Counted from the stretch's first letter, positions 47,492-57,507 are shown. The stretch: DNA of 64,000 nt from Bacteriovoracia bacterium (GCA_050251055.1 JBFWNL010000002.1:64001-128000); one strand, 5' to 3'. Made by a program: numbers and translations. The notes: generated by a model from the letters alone, not told the origin.

Positions 47492-50193
47492 GCCGCACCT
47501 TCCTTCGGAGTCTCGGCGGAATTTTCCGGAGGCACCGACGGCTGGGGTTCGTTAGGAAAGATGCGCTCACATTCGTCGTTACCGGGCTGCCATCGCCCTT
47601 CGCCGGCCTCCCGCAGATACTGGAAGATCGCCCAGCCCGCATTGTAAGCTGCCCGGTCGGCCCACTCTTCCACGATTTCGGGATAAAGCGGCTGGAGCGT
47701 TTCGGGGTCGAACTTTAACTTCGGGTCATCCACGCTGCGGTTATCGATGAAGCAAACATCCCGGAAAATTTCGTGATCCGGAAAATTCGTCGACGAGGCT
47801 TTCTCCGGGGAAATCTGGCGCAGGCACTTCTCCCGAACCTGGTTCAACATCTGGGCACCATGCTTGCCGACGAAGTTCGAGGCTTCCGCCGGGAACTGCA
47901 CACGTGTCCCTTCCATCGCCATCCAAATGAGATAATTACCACCGAGGTTACGCACGGCACCGCCCGCACCCCGCGAGTCAAAAGTCTTGAGATTCCGACC
48001 TTGGTTGCCGAACAACCCATCGATGAAGTTAGCCACGCGTACGCTGCCCCCCGACCAGTTCAACAGCCCCCGCGCGAGCGCCGTGTTCCCGTCCGCCCCA
48101 CTCCCGTGGCACTTCACGCAAGTGGTGCGATAATACCAGGATCCGGGCGTGGTCGAATAAACCTCCCCAAAGGGACGCTTCGGTCGGCCCTGGGCATTGA
48201 TCATCCAGGGACGCTGCTGCTCCTTCGGCAGATCGACCGTAGGAAATCGGCAGTCTTTTTTCTTGTTCCAATAACCCACGGGATAGGTCTTGGTGACCGC
48301 CTTTTGCAGGGTAGGCGTGAATTCCAGCTTACGATACTTCGGGGTCATGCCTTCGTCGCGATCTTTCCAATCCGCGCGCCGGGGCACGTAACGATCGCTC
48401 TTGGGCCAAGTGAAATCCTGGTCTACCCAGTCGAAGTCATCGTTCGACTTACATTCCGGCGCGAACCCTTCGGCCGCCGCGATGCTGCCGTACGAAAGCA
48501 CCCATTGACCGATGATCTTGAGCACCTTGCAATCGGGCGAGCCCGGCGTGTGCATCGGCATGCGGCTGGTGAGCCCCTGCGCCGACGGTGGGTCCGAAAC
48601 CTTGAGGTAAACGTGGCTCTGCGTGAGGTCGCCTTCGTGGTGTACGAACCGGCGCGTGGGGATCTGGGTCGAGCGGGTGTGAGTATTGAACTCGTAAATT
48701 TCTCCCGCACGCAGATCCAACGTCACCCCGTTTTCCTTCGTGAACGCGAATCCATTGGGGTTGTGGCAGTGGGCGCAGTTTCCCGTCATATAGGCCTGCG
48801 CCTTCACTTCGTAGATATTACGCGGATTCTTGGTCCCGACCCACTCTAGGCGCGGAAGCTCTTCGGCTCGCTGGTATCCCGAGATCAATCCGTACGCAAC
48901 GAAGCGCTCCGCCTGGCTCAACTCGGATTTTCCAACCGGATCTTCGCGACCCGCCTCGCCTTTTTGCCGACGATTCAGCTGCAGGGGCGTGAAGCCCAAC
49001 ACGAAGTTCTGGGTTTCCGATCCCATGTGACACTCCACGCAGCGGTGGCGTCCGGGCAGGGCATACTTGCGTTGTTTTCCGGATTTTTCATCGACCGTGA
49101 GTTTAAAAATCGTGTCTTTGAAGGAGGTGCCGTCCCGATACGGAATTTCCACCAGGGTCGCGAACTGCTCTGATTCATCCCAGCGGTAGCTACCGAATAA
49201 GCTCTTGGACCAATCCTTGCGCGCAACGATGATTCGGGTCTCGACCCGACGGTAGCGTGGCTTGCCGTTTTTCATCTTCACCAGCTTGTAAAACGTCTTA
49301 TAGAAGCGGGTGAAGTCGGGAATATCGAACTGCTTTTTAAGGGGATCGTAAGTAATGGTTTGGCGGACGAGCTGGCCGTCTTCGATCTTCATCGGGACGT
49401 GAATCCAACGGCCCTTCTCCGCGTTGTCCGCCCAGAGCGGATACTCGACGTTATAAGCGAGCGTGCCTTTCTTCGCGAGTTCGTATGCATCCAGTGTGAA
49501 CATATCCGTGTCGGTCAAATTCGGTGGAAGCTTCTCGGCCTGCGCGAAGAATCGGTCTTTTCGATAGTCGAAACCTACGCTTTCAGGCGCAGGAATGCAG
49601 TCACCGAGCTCGCTCGTCTGCAGCAGCTGGCTGGGATCCGGTAGTGGGGGCGCCCCCGCGGAGCCGGGCATCGGAAACGAGCCGTCGGGCCTACCGGCGG
49701 CTACCCAGGCTTTTAGGTTTTCCGCAATCCGCAAAAAAGCTTCCGAGTTTCCGCCTCGCCGATCTTCCGGTGGCATCCGGTTGTCGGAGTTTTCATCCAC
49801 CATGGCGGCGATGATCTGCTCGACCGTTTCGGAAAGCCCTGGATAAAACTGGGTCGTGCCCCCCACCGTCAGCTCCTGGCCGACGTGGGAGTCGGTGTAG
49901 GTAAAACCGCCGGTTTTGCTGGGCACGCGGTGACAGCTCGCGCAGGCTGAATTGACCGCGTCGCGGACGTCATTAAATGACATCATTCCGCCTTGCTTCA
50001 AACCCAAGTAGGGTGTCTCGGGAATGCGCCCCGCGGTCTCCACGGGGGCGCAGAAACGTTGCTTCTCGGTCGCGCCAACGATCAGCTTGGGTTTATTCGT
50101 GCAACCCGTGGAAATGCCGAGGGCGGCGGCCAGCCCAAAGCTGACCACCGCCCCGCTATCCATAAATTTATGGAATAAGCCTCGGCGTTTCAT
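47488..50193 (-). CDS. Large tetraheme c-type cytochrome lipoprotein with SO2930/HNE_0200-like core
   Basis: ATG 50193, lipobox STGC; CASCH, CVECH, CAHCH, CVKCH; YPLWADNAEKGRWI and AYMTGNCAHCHNP motifs. Confidence 0.75.
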   Translation of the reverse strand: MKRRGLFHKFMDSGAVVSFGLAAALGISTGCTNKPKLIVGATEKQRFCAPVETAGRIPETPYLGLKQGGMMSFNDVRDAVNSACASCHRVPSKTGGFTYTDSHVGQELTVGGTTQFYPGLSETVEQIIAAMVDENSDNRMPPEDRRGGNSEAFLRIAENLKAWVAAGRPDGSFPMPGSAGAPPLPDPSQLLQTSELGDCIPAPESVGFDYRKDRFFAQAEKLPPNLTDTDMFTLDAYELAKKGTLAYNVEYPLWADNAEKGRWIHVPMKIEDGQLVRQTITYDPLKKQFDIPDFTRFYKTFYKLVKMKNGKPRYRRVETRIIVARKDWSKSLFGSYRWDESEQFATLVEIPYRDGTSFKDTIFKLTVDEKSGKQRKYALPGRHRCVECHMGSETQNFVLGFTPLQLNRRQKGEAGREDPVGKSELSQAERFVAYGLISGYQRAEELPRLEWVGTKNPRNIYEVKAQAYMTGNCAHCHNPNGFAFTKENGVTLDLRAGEIYEFNTHTRSTQIPTRRFVHHEGDLTQSHVYLKVSDPPSAQGLTSRMPMHTPGSPDCKVLKIIGQWVLSYGSIAAAEGFAPECKSNDDFDWVDQDFTWPKSDRYVPRRADWKDRDEGMTPKYRKLEFTPTLQKAVTKTYPVGYWNKKKDCRFPTVDLPKEQQRPWMINAQGRPKRPFGEVYSTTPGSWYYRTTCVKCHGSGADGNTALARGLLNWSGGSVRVANFIDGLFGNQGRNLKTFDSRGAGGAVRNLGGNYLIWMAMEGTRVQFPAEASNFVGKHGAQMLNQVREKCLRQISPEKASSTNFPDHEIFRDVCFIDNRSVDDPKLKFDPETLQPLYPEIVEEWADRAAYNAGWAIFQYLREAGEGRWQPGNDECERIFPNEPQPSVPPENSAETPKEGAA

Positions 50194-50203
50194 ATCGGCG
50201 ACC

Positions 50204-51049
50204 TTAGTCGATCGTGTAGAACTCGTGGTCTTGCACGATCGGATCCAAGAAGGAGCGATCCAGCAGGTTCTGCAGGAGCTTTTCTTCCACTTCCTTGGTC
50301 TTGGTCTTGGTCTTGTCGGTCTTCGCGTCGACCGCTTCGTAAACGTAGAGCTTACGAGCCATCGGGTAGCTAAAGTCACGAACCGTCTTCACGTTCGCTT
50401 CCACGGCCTTGGCTTCGGCGGTGGCGGCCAAAGGCACGGCGCGATTGCCATCACGCTTACCGGAAGCGCCCGAGTAACCGATCGCATCGGCGTCCTTCGA
50501 GGTTTTTTCGGCGATGTCGGCGGTCTCCGCGAGCACGGTGACGCAGTTGCCGAACTTCTTGATGGCGGTGAAGTGCTTAAATGCGTCGGTCGTGCCGGAC
50601 GCGTCGTTACGGCGGTAAACCGTGATCGTACCCGCCTTGCCGGAACCGGCGACCTGCTCCCACTTCGTGATCGTGCACTCGAAGATGGCCTTCACCGTCG
50701 GCAGATCCATGCGGGCGATCTTATTGCTGCCGTTGACGAAGATCGAAAGCGCATCCAGGGCTACGACGTGACCCACGAGCTTGATGCCTTTCTTCGCGGC
50801 CTGATCGGCCACTTCGGGCTTCGCTTCGCGCGACATCGGGGCGATACCTTGTTCTTCGTTAGCGAGGGCAAGCTCGCCCTTGCCGCTGCCGCCGCCCAGG
50901 TAAACAATTTCTTTTTCCATACCGGCCGCGTTGATGGCGTCGGTCATGACGCCGGCCAGGGTGTCCGAGCCTTGGAACGGCACGGGAGCCGCTTGCGCCG
51001 TACCCACGGCGACCACGAGGCTTGCCACTAAGAGATTCAGTTGGTTCAT
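50204..51049 (-). CDS. PstS-family phosphate-binding protein
   Basis: GAGGAG RBS, signal peptide; QGSDT, GGGSGKG, MSRE, RNDASGT, DAIGY, YPMARKLYVY. Confidence 0.85.
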   Translation of the reverse strand: MNQLNLLVASLVVAVGTAQAAPVPFQGSDTLAGVMTDAINAAGMEKEIVYLGGGSGKGELALANEEQGIAPMSREAKPEVADQAAKKGIKLVGHVVALDALSIFVNGSNKIARMDLPTVKAIFECTITKWEQVAGSGKAGTITVYRRNDASGTTDAFKHFTAIKKFGNCVTVLAETADIAEKTSKDADAIGYSGASGKRDGNRAVPLAATAEAKAVEANVKTVRDFSYPMARKLYVYEAVDAKTDKTKTKTKEVEEKLLQNLLDRSFLDPIVQDHEFYTID

Positions 51050-51271
51050 TTTTCTTCTCCTCAAATCAAGATTGGTTTCTCACTACCGCGCCTTTGTACG
51101 GCGGATTCCCGCGACGTTGTTTTAGGTTTCCGTTATGCGCTCTTGTGGGTTTGGTGAGCTTGGTAAGCGACCGTAATGCATGGCATTATCCCTCGGCAAG
51201 GTCTTCACCGCCGCGAAAAATGGGCGCTATTCAGTGGAAAATCCCGGCCGCTCCCGCTACACCTGAACGAC

Positions 51272-52174
51272 ATGGCCGATACCTCCAAGATCGAAGAACC
51301 CCGCCGCGTCGTCATCGTTTCCGACGGCACCGGCGAAACCGCCACCCAGATGCTGAAAGCCGTGATGGTGCAGTTTCCCGATCGCAAGGTGACTTATACG
51401 CGGTACAAAAACGTCCGCACCGAAGCCCAGCTCGAGGCCATCTGCGATGCGGCCGCGAAAAGCGAAGACCTACTGCTCTTCACCATCGTTTCTCCCGAGT
51501 TAAAGAAATTTCTCACCGCTAAAGCGGCCGAACAAAAAGTCGATTGCATCGATCTCTTGGGTCCCCTGCTGATGGGTCTAGCCAAGCATTTCGGCTACGA
51601 GCCCAAGCTGGTCGCCGGTATCCTGCACGGGGTGAACGAAAGCTATTACCGCCGCATTGAAGCCATGGAATACACCATTGCCCACGACGATGGGCGCGAT
51701 CTCACGGGCCTCGAAAAAGCGGACCTTGTGATCCTCGGAATCTCGCGTACCTCGAAAACGCCGCTGTCGATGTACCTCTCGCACCAAGGTTGGCGCGTCG
51801 CGAACATCCCCCTCATTCGCGGATTTTCGCTTCCCGAAGAGTTAAAAGACGTCGACCAGCGCAAGATCGTGGCACTCACCATCGATCCCGACGAGCTCTC
51901 CCAAATCCGGCGCGCTCGTTTGGAGCGCCTGGGCCAAGACAAGGGCGGAGACTATGCCGATCTGGAGCGCGTGATCCAGGAAGTCGATTACGCCAACGAG
52001 CTCTTCAAAAAGAACCGGAAATGGCCAGTGTTCAATGTCACGGGCAAGGCCTTGGAAGAAACCGCCAGCGAAATCATAAAAACCATGTCATCTCGCAGGC
52101 TTGTACCGCCCCACACCTTAGAAAATATGATGCAAACGGGCTTGTCTTCTCCCGTCAGTGATGTAAAGACCTAA
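51272..52174 (+). CDS. ppsR: Pyruvate,water/phosphate dikinase regulatory protein (DUF299)
   Basis: VSDGTGETA, HDDG, GISRTSKTPLSMYL, KALEETA. Confidence 0.92.
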   Translation: MADTSKIEEPRRVVIVSDGTGETATQMLKAVMVQFPDRKVTYTRYKNVRTEAQLEAICDAAAKSEDLLLFTIVSPELKKFLTAKAAEQKVDCIDLLGPLLMGLAKHFGYEPKLVAGILHGVNESYYRRIEAMEYTIAHDDGRDLTGLEKADLVILGISRTSKTPLSMYLSHQGWRVANIPLIRGFSLPEELKDVDQRKIVALTIDPDELSQIRRARLERLGQDKGGDYADLERVIQEVDYANELFKKNRKWPVFNVTGKALEETASEIIKTMSSRRLVPPHTLENMMQTGLSSPVSDVKT

Positions 52175-52210
52175 AGTTCCAGGGGAAAAGCAGAGAGAAA
52201 GGACAGCTTC

Positions 52211-53146
52211 ATGGCACGCGGCTCTCAAGTATGGCTCAACGGAAAAATCCTTCCGGCGGAGAATGCAAAAATCAGTCTTTTCACTCACGGCCTGCATTAC
52301 GGCACGGGCGCCTTTGAAGGCATCCGCGCGTACAAGCAGGCGCGTGGCGGCGGAGCGATCTTCCGCTTGCACGAACACATGGTTCGTCTCTACGAATCGA
52401 TGAAAATCCTCGGGCTTGAGCTCCCCTACACGCCCGAAACGCTTTGCGATGCCGCCGTGGCCATCTGCAAAGCCAATAACTTCGAAGAATGTTACCTGCG
52501 TCCAATCACTTTCACCGGCGACGGCCCGCTGGGAGTAGACTGCGGTCCCACGCCGCCGATCGACGTCGCGATCGTTACCTGGGAGTGGGGAAAATACTTG
52601 GGTGACCAAGGCGTGCAGAAGGGCGCCAAGCTCATGATCTCGAGCTTCATCCGCCCGCATGTGAACTCCATCATGACCAAAGGCAAAATCACCGGCAGCT
52701 ACGTCACCGGCGTGATGGCCCGCCGCGAAGCCGTAGCTAAGGGCTACGATGAGGCGCTTCTGCTCGACCCGTCGGGTTTCCTTTCCGAGGGCAGCGGTGA
52801 GAACATTTTCATGATCAAGAATGGTGTAATCAAGACCACGCCGCTCACCTCGATCCTGGGCGGCATTACCCGCGCAACCGTGATCGACCACCTCAGTGAA
52901 CAGGGCCACACCGTGATCGAAGGTCGCTTCTCGCGCGACGAACTCTGGTGTGCCGACGAAGTGTTCCTGACCGGCACCGCCGCCGAGATCACGCCCGTAC
53001 GCGAGATCGACGACCGCCTGATCGGCCGCGGCCCCGACGCCGGCAAGCCGGGCCCGATCACGACGAAGCTCCAGCGTGACTACATGAGCATCGTGCGCGG
53101 CGACTTGCCCCCTTACGGCAAGAACTGGCTGACTCCCATTAGATAA
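52211..53146 (+). CDS. ilvE: Branched-chain amino acid aminotransferase
   Basis: HGLHYGTGAFEGIRAY, EGSGENIF, GITR, DEVFLTGTAAEITP. Confidence 0.95.
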   Translation: MARGSQVWLNGKILPAENAKISLFTHGLHYGTGAFEGIRAYKQARGGGAIFRLHEHMVRLYESMKILGLELPYTPETLCDAAVAICKANNFEECYLRPITFTGDGPLGVDCGPTPPIDVAIVTWEWGKYLGDQGVQKGAKLMISSFIRPHVNSIMTKGKITGSYVTGVMARREAVAKGYDEALLLDPSGFLSEGSGENIFMIKNGVIKTTPLTSILGGITRATVIDHLSEQGHTVIEGRFSRDELWCADEVFLTGTAAEITPVREIDDRLIGRGPDAGKPGPITTKLQRDYMSIVRGDLPPYGKNWLTPIR

Positions 53147-53149
53147 CCC

Positions 53150-53452
53150 GTGTGGGTCGGCGTCGGACGGATCGTCCTCGACTTCTACAATAACGATAAC
53201 GTCGCGCTCAAGCGTCGCAAGCTCGAGGAGCTTTGCAAGGACTTACGCCGCGAGTTCAATCTCTCCGCCATGGAAGTCGACGAGCTCGATGATCCCGAAA
53301 AGTGCGTCTTTGGATTTGCCGCCGTCATGCCCGCGGGATGGAAAGAACAAAGCGCCCGTAGCTTCGTACAGAAAATTTGCGAGAAAATCGATCAGACTGC
53401 GTTCGGTCGCGTGATGGTGGACGACTGGGATGTTTGGAGCTACGGGGAATAG
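53150..53452 (+). CDS. DUF503/YlxP family protein
   Basis: VGVGRIVL...LKRRK...LRREFNLSAMEVD pattern, 100 aa. Confidence 0.7.
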   Translation: MWVGVGRIVLDFYNNDNVALKRRKLEELCKDLRREFNLSAMEVDELDDPEKCVFGFAAVMPAGWKEQSARSFVQKICEKIDQTAFGRVMVDDWDVWSYGE

Positions 53453-53467
53453 AGACCCTAAATGGGA

Positions 53468-54487
53468 CTAAAACTGCTCCATCGCCTGCAGGATCTCGGC
53501 CGGGGTAACGGTCGCGGTTCCGCGCTTGCTCACCTCGACGCCCGCCGCGAGATTTGCCAGCACCGCCGCATCTTCCAGTGACGCCTTCGTGGCCAGGGCC
53601 AGCGCCAGCACCGAAACCACCGTGTCGCCCGCCCCCGATACGTCGAAGACTTCCCGCGCGTAGGTAGGAATCTTGGTCATCGCACCCAAGGCTCCCGCCG
53701 AAAAAACCGCCATCCCGTCTTTGCCGAGCGTAATGAACACGTGTTGCCCGCCGGTCGCCCCCAAAATTTTTTCGCCGGCGTTCAGCAGGGTCTTTTCATC
53801 TTCAATGCGTACGCCCGCCAGGGCTTCCGCCTCGCGCCGGTTCGGCGTGAGCACGTTCGCGCCGCGGTACCGCGAAAGGGGCGTACTCTCATGTGGATCC
53901 ACGAGGACCAGACGTTGGGACTTCTTTGCCTCCGTAAATACGTGCGCCGCCAAGCGCTCCGAGATCAAACCTTTCGCGTAGTCCTGCAAGATCACCACGT
54001 CCACGCGGGCGAGCAACTCCGAGATCTTCCGCAATAGCTTTTCTTCCGTCGCCGCATCCGTCGGCGTCGTGTTCTCGTAGTCCACCCGCAGGAGCTGCTG
54101 ACGTTCGCTGACCACGCGCTCCTTGAGGATCGTGCGGCGTTTGGCATCGACGACCAGGTCGGAGGCGTCAATCCCCGTTGCCGTCAACACCGCCCGGAAG
54201 TCGTCGGCCACACGATCGGTCCCCACTAGGCCCGTCAAGCGCGGCTTACCCGCGAGCGCCGCGACATTGTCGGCGACGTTTGCAGCTAGGCCGAGCTTGT
54301 GTTGCTCTTCGGTCACGCGCACGATCGGCACGGGGGCCTCCGGCGAAATGCGCTCAACCGCGCCCACGGTATAGCGATCCAGGCCTACGTCACCGATCAC
54401 GAGCACCGAAGTGCCTTGAAATGCCTTGAGCGCCGTCGTCAGATGGGCGCGGTTCCAGTCAGCGGGGGGAAGGGTTTTCGTTTTCAT
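53468..54487 (-). CDS. hldA: D-glycero-beta-D-manno-heptose-7-phosphate kinase (RfaE domain I)
   Basis: RISPEAPVP, QDYAKG, TPNRRE, DVSGAGDT. Confidence 0.93.
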   Translation of the reverse strand: MKTKTLPPADWNRAHLTTALKAFQGTSVLVIGDVGLDRYTVGAVERISPEAPVPIVRVTEEQHKLGLAANVADNVAALAGKPRLTGLVGTDRVADDFRAVLTATGIDASDLVVDAKRRTILKERVVSERQQLLRVDYENTTPTDAATEEKLLRKISELLARVDVVILQDYAKGLISERLAAHVFTEAKKSQRLVLVDPHESTPLSRYRGANVLTPNRREAEALAGVRIEDEKTLLNAGEKILGATGGQHVFITLGKDGMAVFSAGALGAMTKIPTYAREVFDVSGAGDTVVSVLALALATKASLEDAAVLANLAAGVEVSKRGTATVTPAEILQAMEQF

Positions 54488-55520
54488 ATTTCATTTGCGC
54501 CATGACTTGATCCAGCACCGCGGGCACACCGAGGGTACTCATATCCCCGCCCCGCGCGCCCGGCGTGAGCACAGCCGCGCGTTCGCCCGCGACTCCGTAG
54601 GGTCCCCAACGCCGCGGACTCTCCTGGATCGGATTTTCCGGATAAAGGCCAACCACGCGTTTCCCTAAGGCCACCGCGATATGGAGCGGCCCCGTGCTCG
54701 GCGCGACTACCACTTTGGCAAAACACAAAAGGCCCACCAGATTTTGGATCGGATCATTCGGTCCGGCTAGATAGGCAAAATTCTTACCCAAGCCCAACTC
54801 GTCGGCCAGAGCATGCTCGGCCGGCCCAAACGTACCCAGCACAATATAGCCAGAACCAATCAAGCGATGCACGAGCTCGCGATAGCTTGCCATCGGCCAG
54901 TTTTGGGCGGAGCCCCCCATGCCCGGATGCACGGCCACGAGCTTACCCATCGCCGAAGCGTCCAAACCACGCTTCTCAAGCCAATCCCGGGCCCAGTCAC
55001 GCGCTTCCTCCTTCACCACGATGCGAGTGGGGAACTTCTCCGGAGAAAACTCACCGACCGGCAACCCCAGCGCAGAAAGCAGGTCCAAATTGTACTGGGC
55101 TTCGTGTTTCTCCACCTGGGAGCGGCGCTGCCGAATACCGGCGTTGAACAAAACAAAGGAATACGGCTTACTCAGAGGCCCTACCCGCACGGGAATGCCC
55201 GCTAGACGCGCGGCCAACGCAAGCTTCGGGTGGGGGTGCAAGAAGACCACGGCATCGAAACGCCGCTCTTGAAACAGGCTCACCCAGCCCATGAAACCGC
55301 GGCGCCGATCCAAAGGCAGCACTTCAGAAACCCCGGGTAACCCCTCGATCAACGGCGCCACCTCCCACGCCACGAGCGCGGTCACGCGCGCGCGCGGTAA
55401 GCGCTCCGAAAGGGCCTGGAAAACCGGTGTGGAAAGAATCACATCGCCGATCCGATCGGGTCGTATCACGAGGATGTTCTTGAATTTCGCGCCGAGCGCG
55501 GCCGTTCTTCCGCTTTCCAT
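54459..55520 (-). CDS. GT9 glycosyltransferase (LPS heptosyltransferase-like)
   Basis: IRPDRIGDVILSTP, HPG...W, STGPLHIAVALG. Confidence 0.9.
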   Translation of the reverse strand: MESGRTAALGAKFKNILVIRPDRIGDVILSTPVFQALSERLPRARVTALVAWEVAPLIEGLPGVSEVLPLDRRRGFMGWVSLFQERRFDAVVFLHPHPKLALAARLAGIPVRVGPLSKPYSFVLFNAGIRQRRSQVEKHEAQYNLDLLSALGLPVGEFSPEKFPTRIVVKEEARDWARDWLEKRGLDASAMGKLVAVHPGMGGSAQNWPMASYRELVHRLIGSGYIVLGTFGPAEHALADELGLGKNFAYLAGPNDPIQNLVGLLCFAKVVVAPSTGPLHIAVALGKRVVGLYPENPIQESPRRWGPYGVAGERAAVLTPGARGGDMSTLGVPAVLDQVMAQMKYENENPSPR

Positions 55521-55522
55521 CT

Positions 55523-56293
55523 TTAATTTCCTGTTCCGGTATACTTCTCGGTGATTCTCAAAAGCGCCCGGATGATCGAAACCATCAACTGGACGACCTC
55601 GTTTAAAGTCATGTGCGTGGTATCAAACTGAATGGCCTCGTCCGCCTTTTTTAATGGGGCCTGCTTGCGCGTGGAATCAGCGTGATCGCGCTTGGCGATC
55701 TGCTCCTTGAGCTCGTCGTAGCTTGGCGCGACTCCGCCGGAAGCCATGAGTTCGGCTAAGCGGCGATCGGCCCGCGCCTCGAGCGAGGCCGTAAGGAAAA
55801 ACTTCACGTCGGCGTCCGGAAAAATCACGGTACCGATATCCCGTCCCTCCAGCACGGCCTGCCCGGAAGACCCCAGGCGTCGCTGCAGATCCACGAGCGC
55901 GTTGCGCACGCCGGGGACGCCCGACACAAGCGAAGCGCCCATGCTCACTTCCGGCGTACGAATCCGGGCCGTTACGTCCTGACCATTCACCAAAATCCGA
56001 TTCGCCGGCTTCAACTTAGGGCTACGCTGAAACTCGAGCTTAGCGCTTTGCGCGACGCCCGTCACCGCCGCGGCGGCGGAGTCGTCTAGCTCCGTTTGTT
56101 CGCCGCCAATAATGCCTTTTTCCAAGCACACGAGCGCGATGGCGCGATAAAGCGCACCCGTATCCACGTGCACGAATCCAAGTGCATCGGAAATCATTTT
56201 AGTAGCCGAGCTCTTTCCCGTGCCCGCTGGGCCATCGATGGCTACGACGAAATTCCGCTTAGTCACGATTGAGTCCGAGGTGGTGGCCGTCAT
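55523..56293 (-). CDS. cmk: Cytidylate kinase
   Basis: AIDGPAGTGKS, DTGALYR, EGRDIGTVIFPDA, RDHADSTR. Confidence 0.96.
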   Translation of the reverse strand: MTATTSDSIVTKRNFVVAIDGPAGTGKSSATKMISDALGFVHVDTGALYRAIALVCLEKGIIGGEQTELDDSAAAAVTGVAQSAKLEFQRSPKLKPANRILVNGQDVTARIRTPEVSMGASLVSGVPGVRNALVDLQRRLGSSGQAVLEGRDIGTVIFPDADVKFFLTASLEARADRRLAELMASGGVAPSYDELKEQIAKRDHADSTRKQAPLKKADEAIQFDTTHMTLNEVVQLMVSIIRALLRITEKYTGTGN

Positions 56294-56298
56294 GATGC

Positions 56299-57501
56299 TT
56301 ACCCCTTGCCTCTCTTCGTGCGCCGAACGCCACCGCTCGACGTCCGCCCATTTGCTTTCGCCTTACGTGCCACCCGGCCCCCTGGCATCTCATCCCGCAA
56401 GGCTTCGATGGCCACGCGATTTTCATCCGGGGTGCCGACCGTGATTCTCAGCGCATTCATCAGGCCGTAATTCGCGACCGGGCGGAAAATCACGCCCTTA
56501 CGGAGGCAAGCCAGATAGACGTCTCCGCCCCGCTTGCCCAAGCCCTTGCCCACATCGGCCAAGAGAAAATTTCCCTGGCTGGGCCAGTATGGGATTCCCA
56601 TCTCGTCCAGGCTTTTTTCCCAGAGCCGCATACCCACTTGATTACTCTTCACCGAGCTGCGCACGAACGCCACGTCCTTGAGCGCGTGCTCCGCCGCGAG
56701 AAGCCCCGGCGCATTGCAGTTGAAGGGCTGGCGGATTTTTTCCAGGTCCGCGACGATTTCCGCAGAACTTACACCGTAACCCACGCGCAGGCCCGCCAGG
56801 CCATAGATCTTAGAAAAGGTGCGGAGGATAACCAGATTTGGAAACTCTTGCAAAAGTGGGAGCGCGTCCGGCAGATCGCTCGCCGTAACGTATTCCCAGT
56901 ACGCGTAGTCGAGTACCGTCAGCACCGATCCGCCCCGCACGCGGCTTACCTTGCGCAAAAAGTCCCGCAGCTCATCGCCATTCACGTAGGTACCCGTGGG
57001 ATTGTTGGGATTGGCGATGAAAACCACACGCGCGTTTTCATATTCCTCGGCGATCTTCAAAATTCCCGGCAGATCGAAACGCAAATCCTCCGTGTAGGGA
57101 ACCTCTAGCGTCGCAACTCCGTGAATCTGCGCGCAGATACGGTAGGCGACAAATGCCGCCTTCGAAGTCACAATCGCCGTCCCCGGCACGCAATAGGTGC
57201 GGATCACCATGTCGATCACTTCGTTCGAGCCGTTACCGATAAGCAATGACTCAGTCGGAACTTTTAAATGCGCGGAAAGCGCTTTTTTTAAATGGTAGGC
57301 GCTGGCATCTGGATAGCGATGAAGATCCCGTAAGCTTTCTTTCACGGCTTTCATCGCGCGCGGACTGGGACCCCAGGGATTTTCATTCGAGGCGAGCTTC
57401 ACCACGCGCTTGATCCCAAATTCGCGCTGGGTCTCCTCGATGGGTTTTCCCGGAACGTAGGGACTTAAGTTCCGAATGTACTCAGGTGCTTCAAGAGCCA
57501 T
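56299..57501 (-). CDS. hisC: Histidinol-phosphate aminotransferase
   Basis: KLASNENP, GNGSNE, NPNNPTG, RTFSKIYGLAGLRVGY. Confidence 0.93.
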   Translation of the reverse strand: MALEAPEYIRNLSPYVPGKPIEETQREFGIKRVVKLASNENPWGPSPRAMKAVKESLRDLHRYPDASAYHLKKALSAHLKVPTESLLIGNGSNEVIDMVIRTYCVPGTAIVTSKAAFVAYRICAQIHGVATLEVPYTEDLRFDLPGILKIAEEYENARVVFIANPNNPTGTYVNGDELRDFLRKVSRVRGGSVLTVLDYAYWEYVTASDLPDALPLLQEFPNLVILRTFSKIYGLAGLRVGYGVSSAEIVADLEKIRQPFNCNAPGLLAAEHALKDVAFVRSSVKSNQVGMRLWEKSLDEMGIPYWPSQGNFLLADVGKGLGKRGGDVYLACLRKGVIFRPVANYGLMNALRITVGTPDENRVAIEALRDEMPGGRVARKAKANGRTSSGGVRRTKRGKG

Positions 57502-57507
57502 GGTGTC

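Noticed and set aside
47773-48849. Long antisense ORFs (also 17847-18854, 22798-23625, 50024-51031, 52118-52909, 61353-62174)
   Set aside because: They shadow well-supported genes on the opposite strand and lack motifs; typical of GC-rich codon usage.
50294-50316. CTTGGT hexamer tandem repeat as a phase-variation tract
   Set aside because: Unit is a multiple of three and only encodes a KTKTKT loop; it cannot shift frame.
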